Source of the DNA: Sphingomonadales bacterium BRH_c42
GTDB taxonomy: Bacteria; Pseudomonadota; Alphaproteobacteria; Sphingomonadales; Sphingomonadaceae
DNA length: 64,000 bases
Direction of reading: 5' to 3'
Assembly: GCA_001516125.1 (NCBI GenBank)
Contig: LOEX01000107.1
Coordinates: 2,488 to 66,487 of the forward strand
Positions 16,470-24,982 of the stretch are shown here, in pieces (position 1 is the stretch's first letter; each line of letters starts with the position of its first letter). The position numbers and the translations under genes are program-made. Below the pieces are notes generated by a model. It ran no database searches. It saw nothing but the letters and a program-made list of their open reading frames with translations, and was not told the DNA's origin.

Positions 16470-17743
16470 TGGACATTCGCAGCATCCTTTCCCGCTGGGT
16501 TTCCGGCGGCGGCGAACCCGTGTCCGGCGGTCCTTCGGCGTCCAGCGACCTTACCGATACCGATAGCGAAACCTTCTGGATCATGACCGGCACGAAGGGC
16601 GGAAGCCGCGTGTCGATCAATGAGCGTTCGGCGATGGCGCTTCCGTCGGTTCTCCATGCGCTGGAAATCCTGACGGGCGTTTTCGCCATGACGCCGATGA
16701 TCTACTATCGCCGCGAAGGCGACGGGAAGACGCGGGCCGATAATTCGCCCCTGTTCACTCTGTTCCATGATCGCCCGAACGATGCCCAGTCCGTCTTTCT
16801 GTTCAAGGAAGTCTTGCTGGGCGACATGCTCATGGCGGGCAGCTTCGCCAACTTCGTCCACCGTGACGGCATGTTCCGCCCGAAATCGCTGTCCCGCCTT
16901 GATCCCCGGATGGTGCATCCCGCCCAGCACTGGGACCGGACGGACGGGATCGAACTGTTCTATGACGCCCGCCTGCCCGACGGGTCGAACGGACGCTTCA
17001 CGCGGACGGACATTTGGCATGTCCCCGGCTTCAGCCGCGACGGCTTGCTGGGGGTGAACCGGGTCAAGTTGCTGGACGACATGCTGGGATCGGCGGTCGC
17101 CGCCGGGGAGTATGCCCGCCACTTCTGGGAGAACAACGCCCAGCCCGCCACGCTTCTGAAGACGAAGGGGAAGGTCAACCCGGAAGACAAGGCGAAGATC
17201 AAGTTCGACTGGAAGCGCATGTTCGGCGGGGCACGCAAGGCCGGTGACGTCGCGGTTCTGGATCAGGAAATGGACGCGGAAGTCCTGGGCGCGACGAACC
17301 GGGACAGCCAGTTCGTGGAAGTCCGGGCCTTCAATGTCGTCGAAGTGGCGCGCGCCTTCGGCGTCCCGCCGCACCTGCTCTATGAATTGTCACGCGCGAC
17401 GTTCTCAAACATTGAACAGCAATCGCTGGAATTCATCATGTATTCGATGATGCCGCATTATGAGCGGGTTGCCAGCGCCGCCACGCATTACTTCGCGGAA
17501 CCGGGACACTTCTTCGAATTCCTGCCCGACGCCTTGCTGAAGGGCGACGTGAAGACCCGCTGGGAAGCATACAAGGCCGCGCGCGAAACCGGCGCGATGA
17601 ACGCCGACGAAATCCGCCGCCGCGAAAACTTGCAGCCGATAGGCGGAAAGGCGGGCGAAGAATACTGGCGACCGGCGAACATGGCCGTGTCCGGCGAACC
17701 CAATCAGGGACCATTCCCCGGCCAACCCGAAGGGAAAAAGTGA
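16466..17743 (+). CDS. Portal protein (HK97 family)
   Basis: LFHDRPN, IWHVPG.S.DGLLG, EVARAFGVPPHLL, ATFSNIEQQ, NADEIRRRENL. Confidence 0.95.
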   Translation: MMDIRSILSRWVSGGGEPVSGGPSASSDLTDTDSETFWIMTGTKGGSRVSINERSAMALPSVLHALEILTGVFAMTPMIYYRREGDGKTRADNSPLFTLFHDRPNDAQSVFLFKEVLLGDMLMAGSFANFVHRDGMFRPKSLSRLDPRMVHPAQHWDRTDGIELFYDARLPDGSNGRFTRTDIWHVPGFSRDGLLGVNRVKLLDDMLGSAVAAGEYARHFWENNAQPATLLKTKGKVNPEDKAKIKFDWKRMFGGARKAGDVAVLDQEMDAEVLGATNRDSQFVEVRAFNVVEVARAFGVPPHLLYELSRATFSNIEQQSLEFIMYSMMPHYERVASAATHYFAEPGHFFEFLPDALLKGDVKTRWEAYKAARETGAMNADEIRRRENLQPIGGKAGEEYWRPANMAVSGEPNQGPFPGQPEGKK

Positions 17744-17744
17744 C

Positions 17745-18689
17745 ATGAACAACCGGGTTCTGGCTGCGATACGCTCGCAGCCCTGGGCGATCCTGCCCGA
17801 ATACATGGACGCAATCGAAGCGATTGCGTCGCGCGCCTTCGACAATCCCGCCGTGATCGGCGTCGAGCTGGACGGGCACAAGGAACGCATGGCGGAAGCC
17901 ATCGCCGAAATGGGCGCACCGTTCCCCGGTTCGCGCGCGGCGGCGATCCGCGACGGGGTTGGCAGTCTGCCCCTGTTCGGTCCGATCTTCCCGCGCGCCA
18001 ATGTCATGACGGAAATGTCGGGCGCGTCGTCGCTGGCGAGCCTTGCCGCCGACTTCCGCAAGCTGGACGCCAGCCCTGAAGTCCGGAACATTCTGATCGT
18101 GGCGGACAGCCCCGGCGGCGTGATCACGGACGTTCGTGCCTTCGCGTCGCTGATCGCCGGTTCTTCGAAGCCGGTGACGGTCTTCGTGTCGGGGCTTTGC
18201 TGTTCCGCCGCCTATCACATTTGCAGTCAAGCGACCGAAATTGTCGCCGATCCGTTCGCCCTGATCGGGTCCATCGGCGTGATGATGTCGGGCAGCGTGC
18301 AGGAAGCGCCAGACATGAACGGCGCGCGCTCTGTCCATGTCGTCAGCACACACGCGCCGGACAAGCGCGTGGACCTGTCCACGGACGAAGGACAGGCGAA
18401 GGTTCGCGAAATGATCGACGGGATCGAAGAAGTGTTCCTGTCAGACGTCGCACGGGGCCGAAAGGTGCCTGTTTCCACGGTGAAACAGGACTTCGGTCGC
18501 GGCGGAACGAAGTCTGCGCGGCAAGCCAAGGAAGCCGGGATGATCGACCGAGTTGAGGCCGGTGGCCTCTCTGCGGTCCTTCAGCGGCTTGCACGGCCTG
18601 TCCGTTCAGCAACGCCACGGCGGGCCGCTGCGGCGCTTTCCCTCGAAGTTGCGCAAATGCGCGCCGCTTCACTCACCACAGGAGACTGA
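17745..18689 (+). CDS. S49 family prohead protease
   Basis: DSPGG, CCSAAYHI, GSIGV, GMIDRV. Confidence 0.92.
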   Translation: MNNRVLAAIRSQPWAILPEYMDAIEAIASRAFDNPAVIGVELDGHKERMAEAIAEMGAPFPGSRAAAIRDGVGSLPLFGPIFPRANVMTEMSGASSLASLAADFRKLDASPEVRNILIVADSPGGVITDVRAFASLIAGSSKPVTVFVSGLCCSAAYHICSQATEIVADPFALIGSIGVMMSGSVQEAPDMNGARSVHVVSTHAPDKRVDLSTDEGQAKVREMIDGIEEVFLSDVARGRKVPVSTVKQDFGRGGTKSARQAKEAGMIDRVEAGGLSAVLQRLARPVRSATPRRAAAALSLEVAQMRAASLTTGD

Positions 18690-18692
18690 ATT

Positions 18693-20021
18693 ATGCTGCG
18701 CATTGCTGCATTGAAGCAAAAGCTGGCGGCCGTCCTTGCCGACATGGACGCCGTTATCGAAGCTGCGACGGACGCCGAAACCGGCGATCCCCGCGATATG
18801 TCGGCGGAAGAACAGACGTCGTTCGACGATCTGAAGGCCAAGGCCACCGCGCTTCAGGCTTCGATCAAGCGCGAAGAAGAAATGCTGGCGCTGAAGGCGT
18901 CGGCGGCTTCGCCCGTGATCGTCCCCGGCGGCAACCCCGGCAATCCGGGTTCGCCGGGTGCCACGGTGCCCGCCCAGCCCAAGGCCGAAATGAAGCCGGG
19001 CGTCATGGTCGCCCGGATCGCCCAGGCGGTTGCCCTGGGCGGGTCCGATCAGCGCACCGTCGCGAACGCCGCCGAACAGCTCTACGGTTCGGAAATGGGC
19101 CAGATCGTCGCCAACATGGAACAGGCGACGGACACGAAGGGCGGCTTCCTTGTCGATGAAGCCTATTCGTCGGATTTCATCGACATTCTGCGCCCGCGCG
19201 TGGTCATCCGCCAGATGGGCGCACGCACGATCCCGATGCCCGAAGGCAACCTGACGACGCGGAAGAAGACGGCGGGCACGACTGCCAGCTATGTCGGCGA
19301 GCGCGTTCCTGCACCGGCAACCGGCGCGACTGTCGGGCAGATCACCATGTCCGCCAAGCGGCTGACGGCGCTGGTTCCGATCACGAACCAGCTCATTCGC
19401 CGCGCTTCCATGAACGTCCAGATGATGATCCGGGACGATCTGATCGAAGGCGTCGCGGTGAAGGAAGATCAGCAGTTCCTTCGCGGGACCGGATCGGCGA
19501 CCGCGCCGACTGGCCTGCGGAACCTGATCGCCGCTGGCAACGTGATCGCTTCGGGCGGTGCGTCGGCACTCGCTTCGGTGCGTGCCGAACTGGGCAAACT
19601 GCGCCTTGCCGTCCTGAACGCGAACATTCCCATGACCCAGTGCGGCTATATCATGTCGCCGCGCTCGCTGATCTTCCTCGAAAGCCTGAACGATGCCAAC
19701 GGCAACAAGGCGTTCCCGGAAGTCGCGGAAGGTCGCCTGGGCATGTATCCGATTGGCGTGACGACTTCGGTCCCCGACAATCTGGGCGCGGGCACGAACG
19801 AAAGCGAAATCTACTTCGGCGATTTCGCCCAGTTCATGATCGGCGACACGGAGCGCGTTGCCATCGCGGCGTCCGACGTTGCGGCCTATGATGACGGCGG
19901 CACTATCCGCGCGGCCTTCAGCAATGACGAAACTGTCGTTCGTCTGATCGCCGAACACGACACCCAGGTCCGTTACGACACCGCCTTCGCGGTTCTGACC
20001 GGCGTCGTCTGGACGGTCTGA
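18693..20021 (+). CDS. Major capsid protein (HK97 fold with delta domain)
   Basis: N-terminal coiled coil, GGFLV, YVGE, AKRLTALVPITNQL, YFGDF; GGAG RBS. Confidence 0.95.
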   Translation: MLRIAALKQKLAAVLADMDAVIEAATDAETGDPRDMSAEEQTSFDDLKAKATALQASIKREEEMLALKASAASPVIVPGGNPGNPGSPGATVPAQPKAEMKPGVMVARIAQAVALGGSDQRTVANAAEQLYGSEMGQIVANMEQATDTKGGFLVDEAYSSDFIDILRPRVVIRQMGARTIPMPEGNLTTRKKTAGTTASYVGERVPAPATGATVGQITMSAKRLTALVPITNQLIRRASMNVQMMIRDDLIEGVAVKEDQQFLRGTGSATAPTGLRNLIAAGNVIASGGASALASVRAELGKLRLAVLNANIPMTQCGYIMSPRSLIFLESLNDANGNKAFPEVAEGRLGMYPIGVTTSVPDNLGAGTNESEIYFGDFAQFMIGDTERVAIAASDVAAYDDGGTIRAAFSNDETVVRLIAEHDTQVRYDTAFAVLTGVVWTV

Positions 20022-20025
20022 TAAC

Positions 20026-20057
20026 CGGGCTGGGGCGGCGGTCGCCGCCCCGGTTCG
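20026..20057 (+). terminator. GC-rich hairpin after capsid gene
   Basis: GGGGCGGC-GGTC-GCCGCCCC stem with G-U extension; no U tract, so it may be a stability element. Confidence 0.45.
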
Positions 20058-20087
20058 TCCACCCCTACCCATAGAAGGACGCTGACC

Positions 20088-20345
20088 ATGAAGGCCGTCA
20101 AATTCCTCATGCCCTACACGCTGGGCGCACTCTACAACGAAGGCGAAGTCGCCGGGTTCGACGAAGCCATTTCGGACGATCTGATCAAGCGCAGCATTGC
20201 CGAAGCGGTGAAGCCCGCCAAGGGCAAGGCGGCGGACGAAGAGGCGGCGAAGAAAGCCGCTGAAGAAGCCGCTGCGAAGAAAGCCGCCGAAGACGAAGCC
20301 GCGAAGAAAGCGGCTGACGAAAAGGCCGACGCGAAGAAGGCCTGA
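20088..20345 (+). CDS. Small head-associated protein with EEAAAKKAA repeats
   Basis: YNEGEVAGF...LIKRSIAE core plus tandem Ala/Lys/Glu repeats. Confidence 0.8.
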   Translation: MKAVKFLMPYTLGALYNEGEVAGFDEAISDDLIKRSIAEAVKPAKGKAADEEAAKKAAEEAAAKKAAEDEAAKKAADEKADAKKA

Positions 20346-20430
20346 TCCCGCTTCGATACTCTATCCCTGAACTGGCGGTTGCCCGGTCCGCTTGCGTGCC
20401 CGGCAACCGCATCTTGTCGAAGGAACCGAC

Positions 20431-20697
20431 ATGCAAGACAATTACGCGCCCGGCGGTGACAGCGTGATCAGTTCGTCGCGCAACCCTTATGCGATCACGC
20501 CGCACGACACCGATCCCTTGCCGATTGTTCCGAAGGCTATCTTCGTCGGCACGGCGGGCGACGTGACGTTGCGTGGCGTCAATGGCGAAGCGGACGTCAC
20601 CTTCCGCAATCTTGTTGCGGGCTATGAACTTTGCGTCCGCGCCTCGCATGTCCGCGCAACCGGGACCACGGCGTCCGATCTTATCGCGCTGGCTTGA
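20431..20697 (+). CDS. Head spike base protein (RcGTA Rcc01079-like)
   Basis: AITPHD...L....KAIFVGTAGDV......VTF.NL.AG..L.VR...V.ATGTTASDLIAL. Confidence 0.85.
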   Translation: MQDNYAPGGDSVISSSRNPYAITPHDTDPLPIVPKAIFVGTAGDVTLRGVNGEADVTFRNLVAGYELCVRASHVRATGTTASDLIALA

Positions 20698-20699
20698 TC

Positions 20700-21413
20700 A
20701 TGACCGCGTGTTCGACCGAACAGGCCAAGGACCAGCTATTGGCGCGCTATGACGAACGGATCGGGCTGGCGGAACGCAACCTTGAGAAACTGCGGATGCG
20801 CCGCGCGAAGGTGCAAGCCGACTGGCAGGCGCTGAACTGCGAAGACGATCTGCCCGAAGGGTTCGATGCGCTGGGCGCGGTCGAAGCCTATCTGAAGGAC
20901 TACGGCATTTCCGCCCGCGTCTTCGGCACGACGTTCTTCAGCGATCCGCGCTTCGTCTATGATCTGCGCAAGGGGCGCGCGCTGAACGAACTGAACACGC
21001 GGCTGGTCTTCAAAGTGGTCAACACGCCGCCGGTCGAACTTCAGGAAGGCGGACGCCTGCCCCAGAACTTCAGGCTGGAAGCCGGGAAACCGCTGACGCT
21101 GACGATCACCGTGTTCGACGAAGCGGGCGAGCCTATCCCGCTCACCGGAACACGGTCCGTCGTCTGGCGCATCGCCCGGACATGGGTGAGCAAGCCCGAA
21201 TTCATGAAGACGCTGGGCGACGGGATCACGATCATCGCCGAAGACGCGGAAGAAGGCGGCGCGAATTGCGGTCGCCTGAACGTCCAGATCGACGGCGCGG
21301 ACAGCGCCAGGCTGAAGGGCGATTACATTCACGACTGTCGTTTGCTGGACGAAAGCGGTGACAGTTCGCGCATTTTCTACGGGCACGGGTCCATAGTGCC
21401 CGCGTCGAACTGA
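20700..21413 (+). CDS. Fusion protein: coiled coil + Cro-like HTH + BppU-like beta domain
   Basis: VEAYL...GISARVFG....DPRFVYDLRKGR followed by QNFRLEAG..LTLTITV.DE.GEPIPLTG...GDYIHD. Confidence 0.6.
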   Translation: MTACSTEQAKDQLLARYDERIGLAERNLEKLRMRRAKVQADWQALNCEDDLPEGFDALGAVEAYLKDYGISARVFGTTFFSDPRFVYDLRKGRALNELNTRLVFKVVNTPPVELQEGGRLPQNFRLEAGKPLTLTITVFDEAGEPIPLTGTRSVVWRIARTWVSKPEFMKTLGDGITIIAEDAEEGGANCGRLNVQIDGADSARLKGDYIHDCRLLDESGDSSRIFYGHGSIVPASN

Positions 21414-21426
21414 CGGGGGGAAGGCC

Positions 21427-22014
21427 ATGCGGCAAGGAAGCATCGTCACGGTCAAGCCCGTGGGGCACCCTCTTTCGGTTGACGAAGCGAAGCGCCAGCT
21501 TCGGATCGAACCCGAAGACACGGACCAGGACGTTCATATCGGCGACTTGTGCGCCGCCGCTCACCGCAAGGTCGAACGCGAGCTGGGCTATCCGATCCTT
21601 GTCCAGACGCGCGAAACGCACCTGTCCGGCTTCCCGCGCGGACCGATCTGGCTGGGGGGCGGGGATAGCCCGTCGATCCTGTCGATCACCTATCGCGACG
21701 GAGCGAACGCGGTGCAGACGCTGGACCCGGCGGACTACAGCCTGGACGGCGTTTCCCGCGTCGCCCAGGTCTTCCCCGCGCCGCTGAAGTCGTGGCCTTC
21801 CACGTCATGCACGCCGGGGGCGGTGATCGTGGAATGGCAAGCGGGCTGGGCGACGGCGGGCGACGTTCCCGAAGACCTGATCCACGCCATGAAGTTGCTG
21901 ATCGGACACTGGGACCAGAACCGCGAAGCCGTCGTCATCGGGACCATATCGTCCGAAGTGCAGATCGCGCTGGACGACTTGCTGCGCCCCTTCCGTCTTC
22001 CCTTTGTCGCCTGA
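21427..22014 (+). CDS. Head-tail connector/adaptor
   Basis: PLSVDEAKRQLRI, VPEDLIHAMKLLIGHWDQNRE, LLRPFR. Confidence 0.9.
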   Translation: MRQGSIVTVKPVGHPLSVDEAKRQLRIEPEDTDQDVHIGDLCAAAHRKVERELGYPILVQTRETHLSGFPRGPIWLGGGDSPSILSITYRDGANAVQTLDPADYSLDGVSRVAQVFPAPLKSWPSTSCTPGAVIVEWQAGWATAGDVPEDLIHAMKLLIGHWDQNREAVVIGTISSEVQIALDDLLRPFRLPFVA

Positions 22015-22025
22015 AGGACGAAGCC

Positions 22026-22421
22026 ATGACCAGCATTTCACAGCGGATCGGCGCGGCGATTGCCGGGGCCATACTGGACAACGTGGGGCCGGACGACTTG
22101 CTGGCGAAGTGCGGCGACGCCGCGTCGTGCTGCACGAAGGCGGACGAAGACCCGATCCAGTTCCCCTATGGTCAAGCCGGGCTGGGGCACGATCTGGAAA
22201 TCACCCTGCCCATGCCGTGCGTCGATCTGGCGGAAGCCGCCCGCCTTTCGGACCTGATCCGCGAACGGCTGGACGCGAAGATCGCGGACGATGCGATCAC
22301 CGTGCCGGGGCACCTGATCATGGAAGCCGAAATCACGACGCAAGTGGTTCATCTGGACCGCGTGCGCAGCATCGCCTTCCTTCGCTATCGCATCGCCGCC
22401 AAGTCGATTTCGGAACAGTAA
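22026..22421 (+). CDS. Hypothetical protein, weakly DUF3168-like
   Basis: AEAARLSDLIRERLD...TVPGHL...LRYR resembles the C-terminal half of tail terminators. Confidence 0.5.
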   Translation: MTSISQRIGAAIAGAILDNVGPDDLLAKCGDAASCCTKADEDPIQFPYGQAGLGHDLEITLPMPCVDLAEAARLSDLIRERLDAKIADDAITVPGHLIMEAEITTQVVHLDRVRSIAFLRYRIAAKSISEQ

Positions 22422-22766
22422 ATGCGGCTGGGGCGGCTGAACAAGCGGATCACGATCCGCCGGGCTTCTGCGCCCACGCGGAACGCCATGAACGAACCCG
22501 TCGAAGTCTGGGCGGACTTCGGCACGTTCTGGGCGGAGCCGGTGAAGCAACAGAATGCCGAACGCTGGCAGGCCGATCAGACGTCCGCCCAGTCGGATCG
22601 CGTCTGGCGGGTCCGGTGGACGGATCGCACCGCGACGATTTCCCCGCTGGACCGGCTGATCTGCGACGGGCGGGAATTCGAGATCACCGGCACGGCGGAG
22701 ATAGGTCGCCGCGTCGGCATTGAAATCACGGGCATCGCCCATTCGGAACTGGGCACCGCGCCCTGA
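22422..22766 (+). CDS. Head closure / head-tail adaptor (SPP1 gp16-like)
   Basis: MRLGRLNKRITI...N.MNEPVE.W, DRL..DGREFEI. Confidence 0.9.
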   Translation: MRLGRLNKRITIRRASAPTRNAMNEPVEVWADFGTFWAEPVKQQNAERWQADQTSAQSDRVWRVRWTDRTATISPLDRLICDGREFEITGTAEIGRRVGIEITGIAHSELGTAP

Positions 22767-22791
22767 TCCCCAATCCGCGAAGGAAGCGAAC

Positions 22792-22992
22792 ATGCAGGTC
22801 AAGACCCTGAAGCCGCACGGCAATGGCTATGGCGCGAAGTTCTGGAAGGACAAGGGTGATACCTATGACCTTCCCGAAGTTCAGGCGAAGCCGCTGATCG
22901 CCGCCAAGCTGATCGCCGAAGCGAAGACCGAAGCCCAGTCCAGCACTTCGGGCGCGAAAGCAGGCGGCGGAGCCGATGGCGCAAAGGGTTAG
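22792..22992 (+). CDS. Small hypothetical virion-region protein
   Basis: AAGGAAG RBS; MQVKTLKPHGN...GDTYDL. Confidence 0.7.
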   Translation: MQVKTLKPHGNGYGAKFWKDKGDTYDLPEVQAKPLIAAKLIAEAKTEAQSSTSGAKAGGGADGAKG

Positions 22993-23428
22993 AATTGCAG
23001 GCCTGCGCGAACTGGAAAACGCGCTTGCCAATCTGCCCAAGGCCACCGGCAAGAACGTCCTTCGCCGGGTTCTGCGAAAGGCGGCAGCGCCAATCGAAAG
23101 CACGGCGGAAGCCCTTGCGCCCCGGTTCACCGGCACGCTGGAAAGCAAGATCGTCACCGGCACGCGGCTGACGCGGCGGCAAGCCCAGATGGTGCGCCGC
23201 GCGGACAGCAAGTCTTCCGCCGAAATCCATGTCGGCACGTCCGATCCGGCGGGCGTGCAGACGGAGTTCGGCAACGCGCATCAAGCCCCCGATCCGTGGC
23301 TTCGTCCGGCATGGGACCAGAACAAGGACGGCGCGCTGAATACCATTTCCGGCGAACTGGGCGGCGAAATCGAAAAGGCCGCGCAGCGGCTGGCGCGCAA
23401 GGCCGCACGCCGCGCACGGGGGGGATGA
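22976..23428 (+). CDS. HK97 gp10-like tail completion protein
   Basis: GLRELENAL..L, AP..TGTL, EFGN....P.PWLRPAWD. Confidence 0.9.
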   Translation: MAQRVRIAGLRELENALANLPKATGKNVLRRVLRKAAAPIESTAEALAPRFTGTLESKIVTGTRLTRRQAQMVRRADSKSSAEIHVGTSDPAGVQTEFGNAHQAPDPWLRPAWDQNKDGALNTISGELGGEIEKAAQRLARKAARRARGG

Positions 23429-23431
23429 CCG

Positions 23432-23830
23432 ATGGAAGAAGCCCTTGTCGCCCGGATGCTGGCTGCGGCCGCGATCAGCGCGATTGCCGGTCCACGCGTG
23501 AACTGGGGCTTCCGCGTTCAGGGTGAAGGCGGTCCCGGCGTCACGCTGTTCGATGCCTCACCGGGCCGGACCTATACCTACAAGGGCGCAAGCGGGCTGG
23601 CTGGTCCGCGCGTCCAGGTCGATTGCTGGGCGGCTGATTTCGCCACGGCAAAGGCGCTCGCCCGCGCGGTGATCGCCACACTTGAACCGCCCGCCACCGT
23701 GGCGGGGATAACCTTCCAGGGCGCGTTTCTGGCGAACGAACGCGGACCTTCCACGGAAGACCTTGGCGGCGGACGAAAGGTCCACCGTGTTTCGCTGGAT
23801 TTCTTCGTCTGGTTCTCACCCGCCGCGTGA
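23432..23830 (+). CDS. Tail terminator (DUF3168)
   Basis: MEEALVARML, RVQVDCWA...AKALARAV...L, RVSLDF. Confidence 0.88.
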   Translation: MEEALVARMLAAAAISAIAGPRVNWGFRVQGEGGPGVTLFDASPGRTYTYKGASGLAGPRVQVDCWAADFATAKALARAVIATLEPPATVAGITFQGAFLANERGPSTEDLGGGRKVHRVSLDFFVWFSPAA

Positions 23831-23869
23831 TCCCGGAAGGGCACGGGCACATTCAAGGAGTATTGTCTT

Positions 23870-24310
23870 ATGTCTGGGGAAAGCATTGGCTGGGGCGCTG
23901 AAGCGTCCCTGCACGACGGCGCAACGCCGGGCGCAATGGTCGAACTGGTTGGCGTCTTCAACCTCACCCTGCCCAATCCGCAAACGGACGACGTGGAAGT
24001 CACGCACTACAAGTCGCCGAACCGCGAACGCGAATATATCGCGGGCCTGATCGAGAACGGCGAAATCCAGCTCGAAATGAACTACGTCGCCGGATCTGCG
24101 ACCGATCTTCTTCTGTCCGCCGCCAAGGCGTCGGGCGAAGTGCGTTCGTGCAAGATCGTGGTTCCGACTTCGACCAATGCCACCGGCTGGGGCTTCACCT
24201 TCAACACCTATGTGAAGGGCTATGAACGCGCGATCCCGGTGGATGATCGCCAGACGGCGGTCGCCACGCTGAAGGTCGCCGGGGCCGTCACTGAAGCGGC
24301 GGAAGCCTGA
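23870..24310 (+). CDS. Tail tube protein
   Basis: DDVEVTHYKSP..REYIAGL.ENGE..LEMNY, PVDD...A.ATLKVAG. Confidence 0.9.
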   Translation: MSGESIGWGAEASLHDGATPGAMVELVGVFNLTLPNPQTDDVEVTHYKSPNREREYIAGLIENGEIQLEMNYVAGSATDLLLSAAKASGEVRSCKIVVPTSTNATGWGFTFNTYVKGYERAIPVDDRQTAVATLKVAGAVTEAAEA

Positions 24311-24312
24311 TC

Positions 24313-24648
24313 ATGGCGGCGAACGGAAAGCGCCAGTTCGACGCGCTGGGCAGTTCGTGGACCCTTGCCTATGACATCAATGCGCTTTGCCGCATTGAAG
24401 AACGGCTGGGCATCGAGAACGCCCAGGAGTTCCAGCGCACGCTTCAGAAGAACCTGTCGTTCCGCACGTTGCGGGCGCTGTTCTGTTGCGGCCTGTCGCC
24501 GGATGCGACCGAAGAACAGGCGGGCGAAATCATGTCGGCGCTGGGGATCGACGAAGTGTCGGGCATGATCACGGAGACGATCCAGGCGGCGTTCCCCAAT
24601 GCCCAAGGGAAAGCGGGAAACGCGGACGCCCCCAAGCCGAAGAAGTAG
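24313..24648 (+). CDS. Tail assembly chaperone (gpG-like)
   Basis: L.YDINALC.IEE.LG; located between tube and tape measure; slippery site near the 3' end. Confidence 0.85.
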   Translation: MAANGKRQFDALGSSWTLAYDINALCRIEERLGIENAQEFQRTLQKNLSFRTLRALFCCGLSPDATEEQAGEIMSALGIDEVSGMITETIQAAFPNAQGKAGNADAPKPKK

Positions 24649-24977
24649 GCTGGGGCTGGCTGGAAGTCCTTACCGAATGGACGGCGGCGGGGCTGGACCC
24701 TGACGCCTTCTGGAAACAGACGCCGCGCACGCTGGACGCTATCCTGTCCGGCTGCGCGGAAGCCCGTTTGCGCCAGCACGAGCTGGCCATGTCCCAAGCG
24801 TGGCACACCGCCGCGTTCCAGCGAATGAAGAAGTTCCCGCGCCGCGTGCCCGATATTCGCACGCGCCGGGCATCGCCGGACAATCCCCAGTCCGGGTCCG
24901 ACGTTCTGTCGATCATGCGCCAGCTTGTCGCCGCGACGAACGCGAAACCCAAAGCCCCGAAGCCCGAAGCGGAGTAA
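24615..24977 (+). CDS. Tail assembly chaperone gpGT extension via -1 frameshift
   Basis: In-frame G GGA AAC (24615-24621); the -1 frame reads ...GLDPDAFWKQTPRTL... to 24977. Confidence 0.82.
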   Translation, partial: GKRGRPQAEEVGWGWLEVLTEWTAAGLDPDAFWKQTPRTLDAILSGCAEARLRQHELAMSQAWHTAAFQRMKKFPRRVPDIRTRRASPDNPQSGSDVLSIMRQLVAATNAKPKAPKPEAE

Positions 24978-24982
24978 GGACA

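Noticed and set aside
20230-20340. Tandem DNA repeat
   Set aside because: Explained by in-frame EEAAAKKAA low-complexity coding.
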